64,000 bases of DNA from Epithemia pelagica. Lineage: Eukaryota > Protista > Bacillariophyta. Under the pieces are notes generated by a model. It had not been told where the DNA came from. It searched no databases and saw only the letters and a program-made list of their open reading frames with translations. Below, in pieces: positions 58,584 through 64,000 of the stretch. The first letter of the stretch is position 1. Each line of letters begins with the position of its first letter. The translations under genes were made by a program, and so were the position numbers. Location of the stretch: assembly GCA_946965045.2 (NCBI GenBank), contig OX337239.1, positions 1,116,001 to 1,180,000 on the forward strand. The letters run 5' to 3'.

Positions 58584-60125
58584 GTTTCCTTCTTCTGTAG
58601 AGGATCGAAGCTCGTCCTATCGTCGCATCTCTGCCGAGACATCAATTTCTTTGTTGTCATCTACCACTTGCTCTTCTTCAACCCCTTCTTCAGCTGCGAC
58701 TGGTGTCAGCATGAGGGTAGATTCATCAGAGGAAGAGTCTGGAGACAAGGAAGCCGGACGAAACTCCTCCATGGTGATTCAACCATGAGAGAGAGAAGGA
58801 GGAGGTTGGAGGCGGAGGTGCAAACCACAAATAAGGAATCTCTTTGTTTGGGGGGTTGCAAGATGTATATCTTCTACGAATCCATATATATCTACAGAGA
58901 TGGCAAGGTGTCATACGTGCGTTGAGGATGTTGTGTTTAGGATATTTCGTTTGCCCGGCAGTCCGAGGTGCCGAGCATTTCTTGGCTGTATCTTAACATG
59001 GGCATCCAATGAACAGGTTATGGGCACAAAATGTTTGAGCTTGTGTTCGTTCATTAAGTCTGTTAACTACTTTCAGTAAACACCCACTATCTACTACAAT
59101 CTACAATAGAGAAATAAGAAATAAGATGATATTATGAATACTCGTAGCTCGTAGCATGATTTCGAATAAGTAGTATTGTTTCGTATCGTTTCATGTTTCC
59201 GTCATCTGCGACTGGGCCTATATACCTTATGATGATGACTATACTCGTACTCGTACTGGTACTCGTATCAATGATGTGTTGATTAACGCCAAGCCTAGAA
59301 AGCCCATATTCCATTATCTTCTTCATATTCACTTTGGAACTCATGGTCTCTTTTCTTTGTTTCTTAAGGGGTTATTGGTCGCCCCACGACCTACCGTCTA
59401 CCCATGTTTGACGCTGTATCGGGTATCGGGTATCGGTCGTTTGTGCCAGCAGAAGCGGAACAAGAATACGCGAACAAGAACATCGGACAGATGCGCTTAG
59501 GATAATACTATATTATCTTCTACGACTTGACAAATCTCGGTGTTAGCTGCTCATAGTTTTTCTTCTTTCTAATTATTTCTCTTCTGGAGTTTGAGTAGGA
59601 GTCGCTACCTTCTACCTTGTCTCTCGACTCTAGTAGCTAGCTAGCTAGACAATTTACTCTCTAGTAACTCTACTAAAACTAAGGGAGATCTCTGAAGAGT
59701 TCTACCTTAGCTACTCATAGGAGTAGTACAGAGAGGTAGAGAGAGCTAGCTAGGAGTACTACTTTTATCTCGTCATCTCTAGCCTCCCTAACAACTCTTA
59801 TTACCAGAGTATTATTCGAAAAGAATCATGGTCTGCTATTGCCCATGTCCTCCAGTAAACGGGACACTTGAGGTTTCCATTCCCCCTCTTTTGACAAGGG
59901 ACAAGGGACGCCCCAATAGTTATTGTTATTGGTCAGAAGAAGAGCGCATTGGGGCCTGCCGTAGTTTGTAGACTTCGTCGCTTACTGGCTAAAGAAGAGG
60001 CAGATCGGGGATGACGACAATCAATAATATACGGAGAGATTCGCAAATCCCAAAGTTTGATCAGTCGATTCATTCCACAAGTCATATCTCAACACTTCTT
60101 TCACCAAAAAAAGAGAGGACCAACC

Positions 60126-61508
60126 ATGTTCCCATCTACTAGCAGTTCATCAAACAAACTGCTCTTGCGAGAGATTCTAAACCAATCTTTGCAGGAGTCC
60201 CTGCTTAAAGTGCCATCTTCGTCTTCTCTGGAGGCTCAACTTCCTCACCAAGCGGGAGTGGCACATGCAATGGCCTCAGGAGTGGATGCGAGGCTCTTGT
60301 TACAGAGAAACGCCTCAACTGGTAATACCATCTCGTCGAGCCTTGCTGCAGGAACAACTCCCTCTACCGGATTTCCGAGTATCCCTGTATATGCTCAAAC
60401 TCCATTTGTGGGCACCCGCCCTCCTCTCCATGAGCAGAACTCCACGGGAGTAAATATCGCAAGTTGCTCTTCCTCCCTTTTATTAAGACAGTTGAGAGCA
60501 GCAAATGCTCTGAAGCAACATCAACTGCTTCTAGAGGAAGAAGAGCGACAAAAGCTCCAACGGGATTCATACCTGGCGCTCCTTCACGCTGGTAGTCATG
60601 AATCCTTACGATCCAAGGCAGCGGCGATGGCATACCAACTTCCTTCTCCGCCTCAACAGCCAGCAATGGCCTTGGAAGGCCTCCTCCTGGCCAACACGAA
60701 TAGAGCAGCTTCTAGTGGTACGGGTAGCCTAGTTCCTCAGAGTACCAACGTTATGTTGAGAGATCAAACAGCTCCGGTGCTTGTCAGTGCTCGTGGTGTT
60801 AGTCGTAAAACAATCTCACCGCCTCCTTCTCCCAATCCATCGACACCAACAACAACACGACCGCCAAACAATGCTTTACAGGCGCTGGGTGGTAGCCTGC
60901 GCAAACGAAATGATCCCTACATTGATGTCTCGGCCTTGCAAGATCCGGATCCACACGATACATCGGTGCGCCGTACCCGAGGGGGTGTTTCTACTCCCTT
61001 CCCGGAAAAGCTTCATCAAATGCTCGTTGAAGTGGAGAAAGAAGGCAAGACCGACATTGTCTCGTTCTTTTCGCATGGTCGAGCCTTTGGAGTTCATGAT
61101 ATGGATCGATTTGTGACCGAAATCATGCCCCTCTATTTCAAACAAAGCAAGTGGAATAGCTTTGCGCGACAACTCAATCTATATGGCTTTATTCGAATTA
61201 ATCAAGGTCCCGACGATGGTACGTACACGTGCAGTTGTATCCTCTTTACTCCCGTTCGATCATTCGTAACACTTCTCTCATGTCATGTCATTCCTTCTTT
61301 CTGTTTGCTGCTTTCACGATTAACAGGTGGATACTACCATGAATTGTTTCTCAAGGGTCGCCCCAATTTGTGTTTTCATATGAGAAGAGTGGGAGTACCT
61401 CATGGACAACAAGATCGAAGAAAAATCAAAGCGAAACAAGAAACTCCCGATCCAGACTTTTATGCCATGAAACCACTTCCACCCCCAAATGACTTTTCTC
61501 GTCCATAA
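60126..61508 (+). CDS. HSF: Heat-shock-factor (HSF) DNA-binding-domain transcription factor, 2 exons
   Basis: PFPEKLHQML...HGRAFGVH...YFKQSKWNSFARQLNLYGF...YYHELFLKGRP. A 108-nt GT-AG intron lies at 61219-61326. Confidence 0.9.
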   Translation: MFPSTSSSSNKLLLREILNQSLQESLLKVPSSSSLEAQLPHQAGVAHAMASGVDARLLLQRNASTGNTISSSLAAGTTPSTGFPSIPVYAQTPFVGTRPPLHEQNSTGVNIASCSSSLLLRQLRAANALKQHQLLLEEEERQKLQRDSYLALLHAGSHESLRSKAAAMAYQLPSPPQQPAMALEGLLLANTNRAASSGTGSLVPQSTNVMLRDQTAPVLVSARGVSRKTISPPPSPNPSTPTTTRPPNNALQALGGSLRKRNDPYIDVSALQDPDPHDTSVRRTRGGVSTPFPEKLHQMLVEVEKEGKTDIVSFFSHGRAFGVHDMDRFVTEIMPLYFKQSKWNSFARQLNLYGFIRINQGPDDGTYTCSCILFTPVRSFVTLLSCHVIPSFCLLLSRLTGGYYHELFLKGRPNLCFHMRRVGVPHGQQDRRKIKAKQETPDPDFYAMKPLPPPNDFSRP

Positions 61509-61818
61509 TACGGACCAAAAGGACAAAGGGAACAACCACAAGGATAGCCACCACTTGTGTATTACTAGTAGTTGTAAGAACATGTTCGACAGGGAGAGAA
61601 TGTTCCATCAAGAAGAAAGTTCTATTTGTGTTGTTTATCTTATTTACAAATTGTACCTACTAGCTATTTGTTACAAAAGAACGATCGTCTCACCCAAAAC
61701 CTGCTGTACTTTGTGGCGCTTGCCCAAGTGTGTTTGGAATCCCCTTTTTTTGATCACGGAGGGCGATGCTATACAGGTTCTTTAGAAGTATAAAACAATG
61801 ATACCCAACTCTTCATGG

Positions 61819-63942
61819 TCAGAAGAACCACATTCGGTCGGGTATGGGTTGAGAGGATGATCTGGCAAGTGGCTGTCTGGAAGACGAGTGATGGTGATGA
61901 AGCGTCTCATGGTCTTCTTCATTTTCATCGTGGCTTCGGTTCCGGTAGTAATGGTCCTCCGGATTTTCGTCATCATCGGCACTGTTGCTCGATGTAAAGG
62001 AAAAATGATTCGAGTCATAATCCGTCCAGAACCATGGAAAGGTTGTGCTTGGTTTTGCAGTGGATGCTGATGAACTGGCCGTTTTGGACGACGAAGAGGT
62101 CGACACATGCTTGTCCGAAGGAGTCTTGGTGGAAGATCGTCGACTTCGTCGGCGGGACGATGACAAAGAACTCGGTTTGGTGGAAGATATTGATTCTTGT
62201 TCTTGCGAGGATGGTCGTCGTTTCTGCCTCCATTGCGTTGGCAAAAAGGCACCATCAGCATCTTCAACGTAATTGCGCAATCGATAATTCTTTTGCGGAT
62301 GTCTCAATTTGTTCAACGCTCTAGCTTCCACCAACCGTACCCGATCTCGCGACATGTTCAAGGCCCGTGCGGTATCTGCCACAGTAGTACCCAAACTAAA
62401 CGGACCAGGCGTTTTGTGTGATGGTTGCTGTTGTTGCAAGCCTCCGGTCGACTGACAAAATCCAAAACGATGCCATATCACTTGGCGTTCGATCGGGGAC
62501 AGTTCGGTTTCCATGACGTGCCAAATATCTTGTTGCATGGCATCGTATTGGGCCGCTTCTTCGGGTGTAGGACAATCACTGGCCACCAGGTCACCCAGTG
62601 TCGTGGTCGTCGTACTACTAGACGCAGTGGCACTGGCGGATGTGGAACTGCTGCTTGAAGTCGCCGAGCTACCACGTACAGCACCGGAACTGCTGCCACC
62701 ACCACTGCTTGACTGTTTCGGTCCAGCAGGAAGTGGAGCTTCGAGGGACACAACATTGCGGGACGATTCTTGGTACCGACGAAGACGTTCTTCAGATAAT
62801 CCAACACGTTGGGCCACAAGAGCCGAAAAAGACTCCGCCGAATGTTCATTCTTGTTGTCGTTGTTTTTCGGGCCGCGCCGAGAGGATTGTTGTTGCTCTT
62901 GCAAGAGTTCCAATCGAGCGCGTCGAACTTTGCGCAACAACCCATGAACATGAGCGGGTAACCGAATGGCCCTTCCAATATCGCAGGCGGCTCGTCCAAT
63001 GCGTTGTCGAATCCAGTAGACGGCATAGGTGGAAAATCGAACGCCCTTGGTCGGACAAAACCGTTCGGCCGCTTCCAGTATACCGAGATTGCCCTCCTGA
63101 ATCAAATCGTGAACCGTCAAAATGGTTCCGACACTACCGGGTTCCATGCGCATGGCGTGTTGGAGATTGGAATAATGCTTCTTGGCCAAACTGGTGACCA
63201 ATCCGCCATTGGCAGTACACAAGGCCGTTCGGGCCGCTTGTCCCTTGTGCAAGACCAAGCGCAACTGGATAACCAAGGCGCGGTCCGTCGGGGTTGTCGA
63301 GGACGTCAAGGTGGCATTCGCCTCTTGCGCTCGTCGCCAGGCCTGAGCCCATTGTAACTCTGAAAGAGTTGTCATTGGTTTTTCTTGTTGCTGGACCAAC
63401 TCGTCACGCAGCCGAATGGCTTGTCGCATGGTTCTCAAATCTAAAACATATTGCACTTCTTGCTCACGTGTCAAAAATTTGGTCTTCTTCTGTGTCCTTG
63501 CTTTCTTTTGATTAATGCTGTTGGATGACAAGGATTGGACGCGCATGGTTTGCTTCTTCTTCCTCAAAGAACTTGATGACACCGCACTTTTCGTCGTAGT
63601 TCTTCTTGGTCTTGTTGTCGTGGTCCACTCTGGACTGGAAGAAAACTGGGAGGACGGTCGCGATTGTCCCGGTTGCAAGGGTTGAATTTGTCGAATCACC
63701 TGCACATCTCCAGCATCGTCGATCGGAGAGGTAGGCGAAGTCTTGGTTGTGGGAGAAGAAGAAGAACAAGATGACGGATCAATCAAGACATTGTTTGCCA
63801 AGAGAGGTGTCGTTTGAGGCGATTGAAAAGCAAGACTGGAGCTCGCCAGTAGGTGCAGTAGAAACAAGGAAATAGCCAAGCTTTTACCAGGACGGATATT
63901 GATTGCTATGGTTTGGGAGACTCTTGCTTGACAGGAAGTCAT
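61819..63942 (-). CDS. sig: Nucleus-encoded plastid RNA polymerase sigma-70 factor
   Basis: Signal ...LLASSSLA-FQS. Region 2 DLIQEGNLGILEAAERF...FSTYAVYWIRQRI...AIRLPAH; region 4 LSPIERQVIWHRFG...SRDRVRLVEARALNKLRHP. Confidence 0.92.
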   Translation of the reverse strand: MTSCQARVSQTIAINIRPGKSLAISLFLLHLLASSSLAFQSPQTTPLLANNVLIDPSSCSSSSPTTKTSPTSPIDDAGDVQVIRQIQPLQPGQSRPSSQFSSSPEWTTTTRPRRTTTKSAVSSSSLRKKKQTMRVQSLSSNSINQKKARTQKKTKFLTREQEVQYVLDLRTMRQAIRLRDELVQQQEKPMTTLSELQWAQAWRRAQEANATLTSSTTPTDRALVIQLRLVLHKGQAARTALCTANGGLVTSLAKKHYSNLQHAMRMEPGSVGTILTVHDLIQEGNLGILEAAERFCPTKGVRFSTYAVYWIRQRIGRAACDIGRAIRLPAHVHGLLRKVRRARLELLQEQQQSSRRGPKNNDNKNEHSAESFSALVAQRVGLSEERLRRYQESSRNVVSLEAPLPAGPKQSSSGGGSSSGAVRGSSATSSSSSTSASATASSSTTTTTLGDLVASDCPTPEEAAQYDAMQQDIWHVMETELSPIERQVIWHRFGFCQSTGGLQQQQPSHKTPGPFSLGTTVADTARALNMSRDRVRLVEARALNKLRHPQKNYRLRNYVEDADGAFLPTQWRQKRRPSSQEQESISSTKPSSLSSSRRRSRRSSTKTPSDKHVSTSSSSKTASSSASTAKPSTTFPWFWTDYDSNHFSFTSSNSADDDENPEDHYYRNRSHDENEEDHETLHHHHSSSRQPLARSSSQPIPDRMWFF

Positions 63943-64000
63943 TGTAGTGATAATTTCTGCTTGATGCAATAATGTGAAACAGATATGTGAAGTCAAGAAA

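Larger units (their letters stand above)
55894..59085. mobile_element. Complete PIF/Harbinger-type (PHIS, Pangu-like) DNA transposon, 3192 bp
   Basis: Perfect 17-bp TIR gggtgtttactgaaagt (55894-55910) / actttcagtaaacaccc (59069-59085), flanked by ACT on both sides (55891-55893, 59086-59088). It contains a transposase and a convergent Myb/SANT-like ORF. Confidence 0.92.

Noticed and set aside
59560-59820. CTAG/TAG-rich low-complexity tract
   Set aside because: Simple AT/TAG-rich intergenic sequence with no periodic unit or structure I can support.

Overview
Eukaryotic nuclear DNA with short GT-AG introns, most likely from a raphid pennate diatom. This is inferred from bipartite signal+transit presequences, a membrane guanylate cyclase/phosphodiesterase fusion, an HSF factor, a nuclear sigma factor and Thr/Gln/Ser low-complexity coding. 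About 17 host genes can be supported: a partial ORF (possibly TAF2), ABCG transporter, small TM protein, flavin thioredoxin reductase, PLC-like protein, GT61 glycosyltransferase, GTPBP1/2 GTPase, citramalate synthase, cyclin Y, GC/PDE, eIF4G, two plastid/thylakoid proteins, peroxisomal SCP2, AlaRS, HSF and a plastid sigma factor. There are three mobile elements: a 1.6-kb element with ~255-bp imperfect inverted arms, a Penelope-like retroelement with an intact RT+GIY-YIG ORF and an in-frame hammerhead core, and an apparently intact two-ORF PIF/Harbinger-type transposon (perfect 17-bp TIRs, ACT TSD, internal 30-bp minisatellite). The strongest observations are a plastid-targeted thioredoxin reductase that has lost its NADPH-binding motifs and resembles the cyanobacterial ferredoxin-dependent (FFTR/DTR) type, a probably catalytically dead PLC, and the ribozyme inside the PLE reading frame. 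All assignments come from motif recognition by eye; no searches were run.
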